Below, piece by piece: positions 20,756 through 30,589 of a stretch of DNA of 64,000 bases. The stretch is from an uncultured Actinomycetota bacterium (GTDB lineage Bacteria > Actinomycetota > Actinomycetes > Propionibacteriales > Nocardioidaceae). The stretch covers positions 4,730 through 68,729 of the forward strand of contig CAWIAY010000002.1 of NCBI GenBank assembly GCA_963834315.1, read 5' to 3'. A program made the position numbers and the translations under genes. How positions within the stretch are numbered: position 1 is the stretch's first letter; every line of letters begins with the position of its first letter. The notes under the pieces were generated by a model. It had not been told where the DNA came from and did not search any database. It was given only the letters and a program-made list of their open reading frames with translations.

Positions 20756-21754
20756 ATGGGTGATGTCACCTATTCGATCATCGTCCCCGCTTTCAACGAG
20801 AGCGAGTCACTCGGAGCGCTGATCGCCGACCTGCACTGGCTGATGGAGCGACTCGACGGTCCGGCCGAGGTCCTCATCGTCGACGACGGCAGCCACGACG
20901 GGACACACCAGATCGCTCGGTCGGCCCAGGAACAGGACCCGCGGATCCGGGCGCTGCGGCTCTCGCGCAACTTCGGCCACCAGGTCGCACTGACCGCCGG
21001 TGTCGCGCGCTCCCGCGGCGACGCGGTGATCACGATGGACGGCGATCGGCAGCACCCCGTGACGGCCGTCCTCGAGATGGCTGCCAAGTGGCGCGAGGGC
21101 TACGACGTCGCCTACGGCGTCATGACCGACCGGCCGAGCGAATCCCGCTTCAAGCAGGCCACCTCCAACGGCTTCTACCGGCTGATCGACCGCCTGACCG
21201 ACACGCCGATGCCGCGCAACGCCGGGGACTTCCGCCTCATGGACCGGCAGGTCGTCGACGCGCTGCTTCGGATGCCGGAGCGCAACCGCTACATCCGAGG
21301 GATGGTCAGCTGGCTCGGGTTCTCCCAGGTCGGCATCCCCTACGTGTGCGGCACGCGCCACGGCGGGGCGAGCTCCTACACCTTCCGCCGGATGGTCAGG
21401 TTCGCCGGCGACGCCCTTCTGAGCTTCTCCATCTGGCCGCTGCGCGCCGGCCTCACGCTGGGCTTCGCTGTGTCGGCCATCGCCGTCCTGTTCGGCATGT
21501 TGACCATCGCCATGCGGCTCATGTCCCACACGGTCCCCGGCTGGGCGACGATCGTCGTGGTGACGTCGTTCCTCGGCGGCATCCAGCTCGTGGTGCTGGG
21601 TGTCGTCGGCGAGTACGTCGGCCGCATCTACGAAGAGGTCAAGGGGCGGCCCACCTACGTCGTGCGCGAGGAGCGCCAACTCCCCCCGGTCATCGCTCCG
21701 AGACAGGCGCCCGAGGAGTACGAGAGGGCCGCCGAGGCCGGTGCGGATGAGTAG
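20756..21754 (+). CDS. GT2 polyprenyl-phosphate glycosyltransferase (GtrB/CsbB/YkoT type)
   Basis: IIVPAFNE, VDDGSHD, LSRNFGHQVALTAG, MDGDRQHP, GDFRLMDR, two C-terminal TMs, GEYVGRIYEEVKGRP.YVV. Confidence 0.9.
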   Translation: MGDVTYSIIVPAFNESESLGALIADLHWLMERLDGPAEVLIVDDGSHDGTHQIARSAQEQDPRIRALRLSRNFGHQVALTAGVARSRGDAVITMDGDRQHPVTAVLEMAAKWREGYDVAYGVMTDRPSESRFKQATSNGFYRLIDRLTDTPMPRNAGDFRLMDRQVVDALLRMPERNRYIRGMVSWLGFSQVGIPYVCGTRHGGASSYTFRRMVRFAGDALLSFSIWPLRAGLTLGFAVSAIAVLFGMLTIAMRLMSHTVPGWATIVVVTSFLGGIQLVVLGVVGEYVGRIYEEVKGRPTYVVREERQLPPVIAPRQAPEEYERAAEAGADE

Positions 21755-23252
21755 CGGCCTGAGGAGGACGGCCCGACGACCGTCCATCCCCCGGTGGCTC
21801 TCCTCGCCGGCGCTGTGGCTGGCAACCAGTCTGGCAACGCTTGCCTACGCCCTGTGGCCGACGTTCGGCATCCGCTTCGCCGCGGTCGACGACCACGAGA
21901 TCGTGGACATCATCGGTCGCGGAGAACGTCTCGCCGCATCCCGCGTCCTCGAGACCGTGCTCACCAGCACCGACGAACCTCTCGGGAGGTTCCGCCCCCT
22001 CTACTGGGTCGGCCGGGCGCTCGAGTCTGCGACAGCAGGACAGAGCTCGACCTGGTGGTACGTCGACCGATTCCTTCTGGCGGCCATCACGGTGACCGCG
22101 ATCTACGTGACGATCGTCCGCTTCGTGGTCCCGCCCCTGGCCGCACTGATCGCCCTCCTGCCGATCGTGGGGATCCAGTCAGAGGTGTGGACCCGACTCG
22201 GCCCCAACGAGGCCTATGCCATGCCTCTGCTGGTCGTCGGTGTCGCCATCGTCGTGCGCCTGACGAGCAAGGCTGCCTCCCCGGCCAGCCAGTGGTTGGG
22301 CTACCTGTTCCTGCTGAGCGCCGGGCTGGCCAAGGAGAACTTCCTCTTCGTCTCCGTCCTCGTGATCGCGTGGTCCGGACTCCACTACGGCCTCCGGCGG
22401 TGGAACGTGCGGGACTGGCTCGTGGTCATCGGCGCCGCTGCCATCTCCTTGCTCGACCTGGCGGCGATCGCGATCAAGGTCCGCCACCACGGTGACGTCT
22501 ACCCCCAGGAGCGTTCCTGGGACACCAGCCGCGCCTGGCTCGACGCCGCGGTCGCCACCATGGACGACGCGCACCGGTTCACGACCGGCGCGGTTGCGGC
22601 CACGCTGCTGTGCATCGTCCTCTCCAGCCGGCCCAGCCGAAGGGTGCTCCTCGGGCTTGCCGCGGTCTGCGTCGGGTCGGCGGTGTCGCAGGCCGTCTTC
22701 TACGCGGACAAGCCCGAACCCGGCCGCTACTTCTACCCCGTCGTGCTCCTGTCGGTGGTCGTGTGGACACTGACGATGCACCAGCTGCGCCGGCACCCGA
22801 ACCGCCGTTCAGCCCTGATCGGCAGCGTCGTCGTCGCTCTCGCCCTCGCTGGGCCGTTGTACGACGAGGTCAAGGCCATCCGCGAAGCGGCCTCCTCCAG
22901 TGCCACGACCACCGCAGCCTTCCAGGAGAACCTGAGCAACCTCGAGAGGCAGATCTCAGAGGCCGGCGTCGACGTGGTCGTGCTGCACCCGTGGGAGTCC
23001 CGGTCCGACACCGAGCCGGTGCTGTCCCTCGCGCGATACCTCACGACACGCGACGACCTCACCGTGATGACCCTCCCCGCTCCCGAGGAGACCCAGGGGG
23101 ACCGTGCGGACCTCAACGCGCTGCTCCTGCGATGGTCGCGCCGCGGGTTCGACCGCCTCACCGCCTACGACGCGCCGGCGCCGGAATCCTGCGTGTCGAT
23201 CGTCTTCGGCAGCGCGGTCGCGCACTGCGCCGTCGCCCTCCCGCCGGCTTGA
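21747..23252 (+). CDS. Polytopic membrane glycosyltransferase (GtrC/GT-C-like)
   Basis: ATG overlaps the gtrB end; about 11 TMs; AVDDHE acidic loop motif; GRFRPLY; AKENF; lies between gtrB-like and gtrA-like genes. Confidence 0.65.
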   Translation: MSSGLRRTARRPSIPRWLSSPALWLATSLATLAYALWPTFGIRFAAVDDHEIVDIIGRGERLAASRVLETVLTSTDEPLGRFRPLYWVGRALESATAGQSSTWWYVDRFLLAAITVTAIYVTIVRFVVPPLAALIALLPIVGIQSEVWTRLGPNEAYAMPLLVVGVAIVVRLTSKAASPASQWLGYLFLLSAGLAKENFLFVSVLVIAWSGLHYGLRRWNVRDWLVVIGAAAISLLDLAAIAIKVRHHGDVYPQERSWDTSRAWLDAAVATMDDAHRFTTGAVAATLLCIVLSSRPSRRVLLGLAAVCVGSAVSQAVFYADKPEPGRYFYPVVLLSVVVWTLTMHQLRRHPNRRSALIGSVVVALALAGPLYDEVKAIREAASSSATTTAAFQENLSNLERQISEAGVDVVVLHPWESRSDTEPVLSLARYLTTRDDLTVMTLPAPEETQGDRADLNALLLRWSRRGFDRLTAYDAPAPESCVSIVFGSAVAHCAVALPPA

Positions 23253-23256
23253 TCCC

Positions 23257-23676
23257 GTGACGTCACCTCAAGGCTGGTGGAGGTCTCGCCTCGTCGGCTA
23301 CGTGGTCGCCGGGGGCGGGTCGATGCTGCTCGACGTCGTGACGCTCGTTGCGCTGCGGTCGGGACTCGGGGTGCCCCTGGCCGTGGCGACGACGATCGCC
23401 TACGGGGTCGGCCTGGTCAGCAACTTCTGTCTCAACCGGTACGTCGTCTTCTCCAGCTCACAGTCGGTGGCGACCAGCGGGGTCCGCTATCTCACCCTCG
23501 TGTTGCTCAACTACGTGATGACGGTCCTGATCGTCACGGGTGGTGCGACTGCCGGGATCCCCTACCTGGTCGGCAAGGGCATCGCCGTCGCCCTCACGCT
23601 GGTCTGGAACTTCCTGGCCTACCGCCACTGGGTGTTCCCCGACCCAGCAGACGACGAGACGCTCCCTCGACGCTGA
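23257..23676 (+). CDS. GtrA-family flippase-like protein
   Basis: Four TMs; YVVAGG, NFCLNRYVVF, RYLTL, WNFLAYRHWVF. Confidence 0.88.
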   Translation: MTSPQGWWRSRLVGYVVAGGGSMLLDVVTLVALRSGLGVPLAVATTIAYGVGLVSNFCLNRYVVFSSSQSVATSGVRYLTLVLLNYVMTVLIVTGGATAGIPYLVGKGIAVALTLVWNFLAYRHWVFPDPADDETLPRR

Positions 23677-23697
23677 CGTCGCCGCGGGCGGTGAGGA

Positions 23698-25119
23698 TCA
23701 GCCGCGGCGTCGTCGCGCCGCGTGCGCGAGGCGCTGCTCCTCCTCGAAGATCCACCGGGCGTCTGCGGCGGCACGGTGGCGCGCGCGCACCTGGACAGGG
23801 CCCGGCGGGCTGTCGAGGTGCACGTCTGCAAGGCCCAGCCGCCGCTGGAGGGGTCCCTGGCTGAGCCGGACCGACTGCACCCGCCCGTGCCGGACCGCGT
23901 GGGTGCTGCGGGTGAACCAGCCCGAGCGCGCGACGGCGAGCTCCCCGTCGTGCCCGGCACCCATGAAGCGGCGGCTCACGGGATCGAGCCAGCGTGCGCC
24001 TGCCGGCGGCGAGGTGAGGGGGACGGCGGAGATGTCGAGGTCGATGTGGGCGTCGTCGCCACGCAGGAGGTGGGCGGCCAGCGCGAGCACCTCCTCGAGC
24101 GCCGCGGCCGGCATGACCGTGGTGGCCGCCGGCCCGCCGTCGGACTCGCTCACTCCCCCCGAGCCCGCCACCGAGACGTCGAGCTTCGCCCAGCCGAACG
24201 GCCGCCACATCACGGGCTCGCTGACGACCACTCCCTGGACCCTGGCGAGTGCGATGGTCTGGGTCGAGCGCTCGAAGAGCCCGCGCCGCACCTGGAGACC
24301 GGCCCGGGTCTGGCTGACGGTGAAGTCGTAGTAGGCGGAGAGCCTGCGCAACAAGATGATGGCGAAGCCACCGACCACCGGGAGTCCGGGCGCGATCACC
24401 ACGACGTTGCCCAGGGCGCTCACGATGCCCACGACCGCCACCGTGACGACGAGGACGACCGTCTCGGGCGAGAGCAGAGTGCTCAGGACGAGCCTTCGCA
24501 GGTCGAGCCTGGCGATGTCGTGATCTGGCGGGAGCCATGCCGGGGTCTCCTCCTCAGGTGTCCCCGCCGGTTCGTCGGACGCCGTGGCCGCACTGTGCCC
24601 GCGCCGGACGGCGTCGCGCCGCTCGAGGAGCACCTGCCTGACCCGATGCGCCTCCGCGAGCGGCAGGAAGGCCAGCCTGCCCTCGGCGTCACCTCCCGCC
24701 ACATCCATCTTCAGCTCGGCCAGACCCAGGAGGCGGGCCACGAACGGCTGCCGGATGTCCACGCCTTGCAGTCGATCGATCCTGATCCGGCGCGACTGGT
24801 GGTAGACCACGCCGGTGTCGATGCGCAGCTCGCGATCGTCGATCCAGTACCGGGTGCGCAACCACGAGAGGAAGCCGTAGACGGCGCCCGCGACCAGTAC
24901 GGCGAGCATCGCCAGCGCGAACGTGCCGAGCCGCCCGCTCAGCAGGTCGTCCCACGTGGAGACGGCCACCGCGACCACGAGGATGGCGCCACGGACCACC
25001 GGCGTCAGCGGGGAGAGCCGGTGGGAGCCCCGCGCCGCGGAGTCCTCGGCTGCCGCCTCGGGCAGCGGCCGCTCCGGAGGCTCCGGCGCGGGCCAGGAGT
25101 CGAGCGGCGGCTCCGTCAC
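23698..25119 (-). CDS. Bacterial PH-domain membrane protein (YdbT-like)
   Basis: HRLSPLTP, YWIDDRELRIDTGV..RIRIDRLQGVDIRQP, RVQGV, RVQSV.L.QGPLQRRLGLA repeats. Confidence 0.85.
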   Translation of the reverse strand: MTEPPLDSWPAPEPPERPLPEAAAEDSAARGSHRLSPLTPVVRGAILVVAVAVSTWDDLLSGRLGTFALAMLAVLVAGAVYGFLSWLRTRYWIDDRELRIDTGVVYHQSRRIRIDRLQGVDIRQPFVARLLGLAELKMDVAGGDAEGRLAFLPLAEAHRVRQVLLERRDAVRRGHSAATASDEPAGTPEEETPAWLPPDHDIARLDLRRLVLSTLLSPETVVLVVTVAVVGIVSALGNVVVIAPGLPVVGGFAIILLRRLSAYYDFTVSQTRAGLQVRRGLFERSTQTIALARVQGVVVSEPVMWRPFGWAKLDVSVAGSGGVSESDGGPAATTVMPAAALEEVLALAAHLLRGDDAHIDLDISAVPLTSPPAGARWLDPVSRRFMGAGHDGELAVARSGWFTRSTHAVRHGRVQSVRLSQGPLQRRLGLADVHLDSPPGPVQVRARHRAAADARWIFEEEQRLAHAARRRRG

Positions 25120-25619
25120 AGCCCGGCCGCCTGAGCCTCACCGAGCGCCGTGAGTCGGTCGCGGAGCCGGGCGGCCTCGGGGGCCGGCAGGCCGGGGATG
25201 TGGGCTGAGGTGCCCGGAGCCGCGGTGTGCATCTGCACCCGCGCCAGCCCGTAGGCGCGATCGATCGGTCCGGCCTGGACGTCGACGTACTGCATCCGCC
25301 CGTAGGGCACCACCACGAGCCGACGGAACATCGCACCGCGGGTGACGTAGAGCTCCCCGTCGAGCTCGGCATAGCCCCAGCGCCGGGCGTTCCGACCGAT
25401 CAACCACCAGACCCAGCCCCCCACACCGGCCAGCACGACGATCCCCAGAGCAGGCACCCACAGGGGCAGGTCGAGGAACACCTCCAGCACCACCACGACG
25501 AGGGTGAGGACGACAAGGACGGCGCTCAGGACTGCGCGCCGCAGGTGCGCCAACCGGGGGGAGACAGGTTGCCACGAGGTGCCGGGCGGGGCGAAGAGGT
25601 CGTCGTCCGTGCCCGTCAT
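25116..25619 (-). CDS. Bacterial PH-domain membrane protein (YdbS-like)
   Basis: Two TMs then WGYAE..L..TRG...VPYGRMQYVDV.AGPIDR..GLA. Leaderless TACGCT-N7-ATG. Confidence 0.87.
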   Translation of the reverse strand: MTGTDDDLFAPPGTSWQPVSPRLAHLRRAVLSAVLVVLTLVVVVLEVFLDLPLWVPALGIVVLAGVGGWVWWLIGRNARRWGYAELDGELYVTRGAMFRRLVVVPYGRMQYVDVQAGPIDRAYGLARVQMHTAAPGTSAHIPGLPAPEAARLRDRLTALGEAQAAGL

Positions 25620-25649
25620 GGCTCAGAGCGTACGTGCAAGGATGACGCG

Positions 25650-26333
25650 GTGAGCGCACCGCGGGGAGACGGGTCGGCCGGCCACGACCTGCCTGGCCAC
25701 CTCTTCATCGTCACCTACGGCCGTTCCGGCTCGACGCTGCTCCTGGGCGTCCTCAACTCCATCGACGGATACCTGATCCGCGGCGAGAACGACGGTGCGG
25801 CCTACCGGTTGCACCAGTTCCACACCGACACCGTCAATCGCAAGCGTCGGCTGCGCAAGCGATTCGAGATCCCGCTCGACACGACCAACCCGCACTTCGG
25901 CCTCGACGACTTCCCGGCGGCGGTCTCCCTGCGGATGCTGCGACGACTCGTCACCACGACGTTGTTGCGACCCGAGCCCGACACCAGGGTGACGGGCTTC
26001 AAGGAGATCCGGTGGTACCAGGACGACCTTCCGGCGTATGTCGACTTCCTGCGCGAGCTGTTCCCGGGCGCCCGGTTCGTGATCAACACGCGCGACCACG
26101 CGGCGGTTCTCGCGAGCGGCTGGTGGCCCGAGAAGCCGCTCGACGGACGCCTGGAGCGGATGGAGCAGGCGATTCTCGACCTCGCCGACTCCCTCGGTGA
26201 GGCGGCCTACCGCGTGCACTTCGACGACTACACTGCCGACCCAACGGCCCTCCGAGGCCTCTATGAGTGGCTCGGGGAGGACTTCGACGAAGCCCGGGTG
26301 CGCGCGGTGCTGGGTGTCCGTCATTCTGTCTGA
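25650..26333 (+). CDS. Sulfotransferase-family protein
   Basis: FIVTYGRSGSTLL (5'-PSB-like P-loop), GFKEIRW, FVINTRD, YRVHFDD. GTG start after an AAGGA RBS. Confidence 0.75.
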   Translation: MSAPRGDGSAGHDLPGHLFIVTYGRSGSTLLLGVLNSIDGYLIRGENDGAAYRLHQFHTDTVNRKRRLRKRFEIPLDTTNPHFGLDDFPAAVSLRMLRRLVTTTLLRPEPDTRVTGFKEIRWYQDDLPAYVDFLRELFPGARFVINTRDHAAVLASGWWPEKPLDGRLERMEQAILDLADSLGEAAYRVHFDDYTADPTALRGLYEWLGEDFDEARVRAVLGVRHSV

Positions 26334-26384
26334 GGAACTGGAAACGTCGGGTCCACACCCTGGACCCCCGCACCGAGGAGACCT

Positions 26385-27215
26385 GTGAGCACCACCCTGT
26401 CGATCACCCTGGTGATCGCGGTCGCCTTCTTGCTGTTGCTGAGCGTGCAGGTCGTGATCCTCCTCTACGTGCGCAGTGCGCTCACCGACGCCGAGCTCGG
26501 CGAGCCCGTCGACGAGGAGCCGCAGCCCCATCGCCGCACCGAGACCGCGGGCCTGGTGGGCCGCCTCCGCCGCAGCGGGGTCGAGCAGCACTCGCGCAGC
26601 GTGCGAGAGCTGGAGGCGCTGATCGACCTGCGCGCGCTGGTGCCTGCGCGCACGACCATGCCGTCCACCCAGGGGTGGGCTGCCAGCCCCGTGACGATCA
26701 GCTCGTTGGTGCGCGAGGTCCTGGAGACCAGCCCCGCCCTCGTCGTCGAGGCGGGCAGCGGCGGGTCCTCGGTGTGGGTCGGCTACTGCCTCGAGCGTCT
26801 CGGCCGGGGACGGTGCATCTCGCTCGACCACGACGAGGAGTACGCCGCCAAGACCCGCGCGGACATCGAGCGGCACGGGCTCACGGCGTACGTCGACGTC
26901 GTTCACTGCCCTCTCGTGGAGGTCGAGCTCGCCGGCGAGACGTTCCGCTGGTACGACCTGAGCAAGGTCGAGGGTCTCCACGGCATCGAGGTCGTCTTCG
27001 TCGACGGTCCTCCCGGCACCACCGGACCGTTGGCGCGCTACCCCGCGCTTCCGGTGCTGCAGCCCTACTGCGCCCCCGGCGCCAGATTCATCCTCGACGA
27101 CGCCGCGCGGCCCGATGAGCGAGCCATCGTGCACCGCTGGACGCGCGAGCACGGCGCCCGGACGATCGACCGCACCCCGGGTCCGCTGGGTTGCGTGACG
27201 GTCCAGGTCGACTGA
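26385..27215 (+). CDS. Class I SAM methyltransferase (Methyltransf_24-like) with N-terminal membrane anchor
   Basis: N-terminal TM; VVEAGSGGSS, SLDHD, VFVDGPPG, FILDDAARPDE. Confidence 0.82.
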   Translation: MSTTLSITLVIAVAFLLLLSVQVVILLYVRSALTDAELGEPVDEEPQPHRRTETAGLVGRLRRSGVEQHSRSVRELEALIDLRALVPARTTMPSTQGWAASPVTISSLVREVLETSPALVVEAGSGGSSVWVGYCLERLGRGRCISLDHDEEYAAKTRADIERHGLTAYVDVVHCPLVEVELAGETFRWYDLSKVEGLHGIEVVFVDGPPGTTGPLARYPALPVLQPYCAPGARFILDDAARPDERAIVHRWTREHGARTIDRTPGPLGCVTVQVD

Positions 27216-27359
27216 GAGGGGGCTGGTCCATGAGCGCCCAATGGTTGGCCACTGCAAGGGATTTCGACCCCAACGGGGGTGGATGGCTAGACTTTCGGGC
27301 TGTCGTACACCCGTCAGTCCCGACTAGGCACACGGGCGGTTCACCCGCCGGGTACTCAG

Positions 27360-30300
27360 ATGGTTGCTGGTAGTCAGCCCCGGCCAGGTCCCGAGGGGCC
27401 GTCGGCGGTTCGGACGTCCGCGCGCCGGCTCGCCGATCGGTTCCTGGCCAGGCGCAACCCCGAGGCACCCGACGACGCCGCTCCCGACTCGGGCGACCCG
27501 CGACCCACGCGCATCGACCGTCTGCTCGAGTCGGGCCTCTTCGACGTCGAGTTCTACACCGCCACGGCCGGCAGGGAGTTCGAGTCCGAGCGGCACGCGG
27601 CGCGCCACTGCATCAACGTCGGCATGCCCCAGGGGCACTCGCCCAACCCGCTGCTCGACATCTACTCCGTGCCACGCACGGTGCGCACCGCCTGGCGGCG
27701 GGGCCAGATCGGCAAGGTCGTCGACCACCTCGAGTCCGAGGGGGGCTGGGGCGCCTCCTCCGGACCCCTCTTCTACCCCCCGGCCCTCACCCACCCCCTC
27801 ATCGGGCAACATCACGGCGGCTCGGCGATCGCGCAGTTCCTGACTCGCGCGGACGCGGACACCCTGTTGCCCGTTCCTCCCGGCTACTGGGGCCCCGCGC
27901 CCACCTTGGCGCAGACGCGGGCGACGCTCATCGCCCATGCGCGCGCAGCCTCCGGCTCCCTGCACGACGACGACATGCCACGAGCCGCCGGCCACGACGC
28001 GGCGATCGCGACCCTCGGCGCGGAGCTGGAGGGGCATCACCTCGCCCCTTCGGTCTCGCCACGGGTCTCGCTCGTGTGCGGGCCGCCCTCCTCCCCCCGT
28101 GAGTTCATCGAGATGATCGACCGACTCCGGGGGCAGACCATGACCAGCTGGGAGCTGCTCATCCCCTCCGGGGACTGGGACCCCGAGCTGAACCGCGTGG
28201 TCGACGTCGCCTCGACGCGGGACCCGCGCATCAGGGTCGTCGAGAGCTGCCCCGGTGCCGACAGCGAGGGCGCCTGCGCATCGCTGTGGACGGCACTGGG
28301 CGAGTTCGTCGGCTTCGTGACCCCGGGCACGGCCTGGGACGGCGACTACCTGCGTGCCATGTCCTCGGCTCTCCACGCGCGTGGGCTGCTGGCCGCCCAG
28401 GGCTGGCTGGTCAAACGGGACGACGAGGACGGCAACGAGGTGCTGCACTCCTTCGGCGAGGCGCACGATGTGCTGGTGCACTCGCGCGAGGTCAGCCTCG
28501 GCGCGGCCATGGTCCGCCGCGACGCCCTCGTCGGCGACCACCTGCACCACGTGTGCCAGGCCACGCGCACGGAGGCGGCGGGGCTGCAGTTCCTGCTGGA
28601 GGTCTCCCATGACACCCGGTGGCCGCTGCTCCCCCTGGTGGCCGGGCACGTCGTCGACACGCTCGTCGGAACCGCACCACCGGCGGGTGCGCGCGCGGCA
28701 GCCGACGTGGTCCAGGAGCATCTGCTGGCCTGCCAGGGCAGCCGTCGACGACCCCGAGAGCGGGTGCCAGGACGCATCTCCATCGTGGTGCCGACCTCCG
28801 ACGAGTTCAGGATGACGATCGCGGCGGTGTCCGCCACCCTCCGCACCACGAGCACCGACGACATCGAGGTGGTGATCGTCGACAACGGCTCCAAGGCGGA
28901 GGTGGGCGCTCGCCTCGTGGCGGCGTTCCTCACCGAGCCTCGGGTGCGCTACCACCGCGTCGCCCGCAACGTGAACTTCGCCCTGGGCTGCAACATCGGG
29001 TTCGCCGAGTCGAGCGGCGAGTTCGTGGTGTTCCTCAACAACGACACCATCCCGCGCGGCGACTGGCTGGGGGCGATGCTTCCGGGCCTGGAGGACCCGT
29101 CGGTCCGTGGGGTCCAGCCCCTGCTGCTCTATCCCGATGACAGCATCCAGAGCGCCGGCCTCTACTTCCCGGCGAAGGACACCCTCCCGTGCCACTTCCT
29201 GGTGGGTCACCCGCCCGAGGACGCACACCGCGCCGGGGAGCGCCGGTTCTACGCCGCGTCCGGGGCAGCCCTGCTGCTGCGTGCGGCCGAGTTCGAGGCC
29301 CTGGGAGGCTTCGACGTCGAGTTCGTCAACGGGATGGAGGACGTCGACCTCTGCCTGCGCGCGAGGGAGCTCTTCGGAGGTGCCTTCGCGGTGGTGCCGG
29401 AGGCGCGGGTCACCCATCTCGAGGGCAAGACGCCCGTGCGCCCCGAGGTCGTCCTCGCGAACCGCGCGTCCTTCATGCGGCGGTGGCGATCGCGGCTCCC
29501 CGTTCCCGACACCGACCGGTTGAGCGACATCGGCTTCCGGCTCGCGCACATCGGCGCCGACGACGTCGCCATCCCGGTGCCGCGTCCGGTGCTCACCCGC
29601 GAGGTCGGAGGGAGCCTGGTCGGCTCTCCGCAGCGGTTGAGGTGGGGGATCAAGCTGCCCTCGATCCCAGGCCCCTCCGGAGACCACTGGGGCGACACGC
29701 ATCTGGCTCGCTCCCTCGCGGCCGCGCTGCGCGAGCTCGACCAGGACGTCGTCACCTACCGCCGCGGCACCCACCAGTCCAACGCGTCGTACCTCGACGA
29801 CGTGGTGCTCGGCATCCGCGGGCTCGAGAGGATCCACCCCCAGGCCGGCAAGATCAACGTGCTCTGGGTGATCAGTCACCCCGATGACGTCACCGTCGAC
29901 GAGCTGCACTCCTTCGACCTGGTGTTCGCAGCCTCCGAGTCGTGGAGCCGGCAGATGACCGCGCGCTCCGGACGGCGAGTGCAGGTGCTTCGGCAAGCGG
30001 TCGACGCTCGTCAGCTGCCCTCTGCCGACGCGCCGACCGGCGACGGCTCGCGGCCCGTGTTCGTCGGCGGCAAGTACGGCGACCGGCGGCGTCAGGTCGT
30101 CTTCGACGCCATGCAGGCCGGCATCGACTTCGAGGTGCACGGTCCGGGATGGGAGGGGCTGATCCCGGCACCCGTCCTGCGCAGCAGCTACGTGCCCAAC
30201 CACGAGGTCACTGCGGTCTACAGGTCGCGCGGTCTCGTCCTCGCCGACCACTGGGACGACATGGCACGTGAAGGCTTCATCGCCAACCGGATCTTCGACG

Positions 30301-30539
30301 CGGTCGGCGCGGGTGCGAGGGTGATCAGCGACGACGTGCCCGGCATCGAGGACGCCTTCGACGGCGCCGTGCAGGTGTACCGCTCGGTGGACGAGCTGGC
30401 GTTCCTGTGCAGCGACGAGGGGCGCAAGCGCTTCCCGGACGCCGAGACGCTGACGGCGATCGCCCGGCGGATCCGCGAGGAGGAGTCGTTCCTCTCCCGC
30501 GCCCGGGTGCTGGTGGATGCGGCCCGCCGCGCCCTCTGA
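27360..30539 (+). CDS. Multidomain glycosyltransferase: FDxxFY repeat + degenerate GT2 + GT2 + C-terminal GT-B (CgeB/YkvP-like)
   Basis: SGLFDVEFY near the N-terminus; ISIVVPT..VDNGS..FLNNDT..GMEDVDLCLR; C-terminal VFVGG..HGPGW..DHWDDM..GFIANRIFDA. Confidence 0.8.
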   Translation: MVAGSQPRPGPEGPSAVRTSARRLADRFLARRNPEAPDDAAPDSGDPRPTRIDRLLESGLFDVEFYTATAGREFESERHAARHCINVGMPQGHSPNPLLDIYSVPRTVRTAWRRGQIGKVVDHLESEGGWGASSGPLFYPPALTHPLIGQHHGGSAIAQFLTRADADTLLPVPPGYWGPAPTLAQTRATLIAHARAASGSLHDDDMPRAAGHDAAIATLGAELEGHHLAPSVSPRVSLVCGPPSSPREFIEMIDRLRGQTMTSWELLIPSGDWDPELNRVVDVASTRDPRIRVVESCPGADSEGACASLWTALGEFVGFVTPGTAWDGDYLRAMSSALHARGLLAAQGWLVKRDDEDGNEVLHSFGEAHDVLVHSREVSLGAAMVRRDALVGDHLHHVCQATRTEAAGLQFLLEVSHDTRWPLLPLVAGHVVDTLVGTAPPAGARAAADVVQEHLLACQGSRRRPRERVPGRISIVVPTSDEFRMTIAAVSATLRTTSTDDIEVVIVDNGSKAEVGARLVAAFLTEPRVRYHRVARNVNFALGCNIGFAESSGEFVVFLNNDTIPRGDWLGAMLPGLEDPSVRGVQPLLLYPDDSIQSAGLYFPAKDTLPCHFLVGHPPEDAHRAGERRFYAASGAALLLRAAEFEALGGFDVEFVNGMEDVDLCLRARELFGGAFAVVPEARVTHLEGKTPVRPEVVLANRASFMRRWRSRLPVPDTDRLSDIGFRLAHIGADDVAIPVPRPVLTREVGGSLVGSPQRLRWGIKLPSIPGPSGDHWGDTHLARSLAAALRELDQDVVTYRRGTHQSNASYLDDVVLGIRGLERIHPQAGKINVLWVISHPDDVTVDELHSFDLVFAASESWSRQMTARSGRRVQVLRQAVDARQLPSADAPTGDGSRPVFVGGKYGDRRRQVVFDAMQAGIDFEVHGPGWEGLIPAPVLRSSYVPNHEVTAVYRSRGLVLADHWDDMAREGFIANRIFDAVGAGARVISDDVPGIEDAFDGAVQVYRSVDELAFLCSDEGRKRFPDAETLTAIARRIREEESFLSRARVLVDAARRAL

Positions 30540-30589
30540 ACGGTTCTGCCTTCGCCGGCCCGGGACGGGACGTGTCCTAGGGTACGAGG

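Noticed and set aside
27216-27359. Hairpins in the leader of the 1,059-aa glycosyltransferase as a riboswitch
   Set aside because: The stems are short and imperfect, match no motif I recognise, and cannot be told from background.
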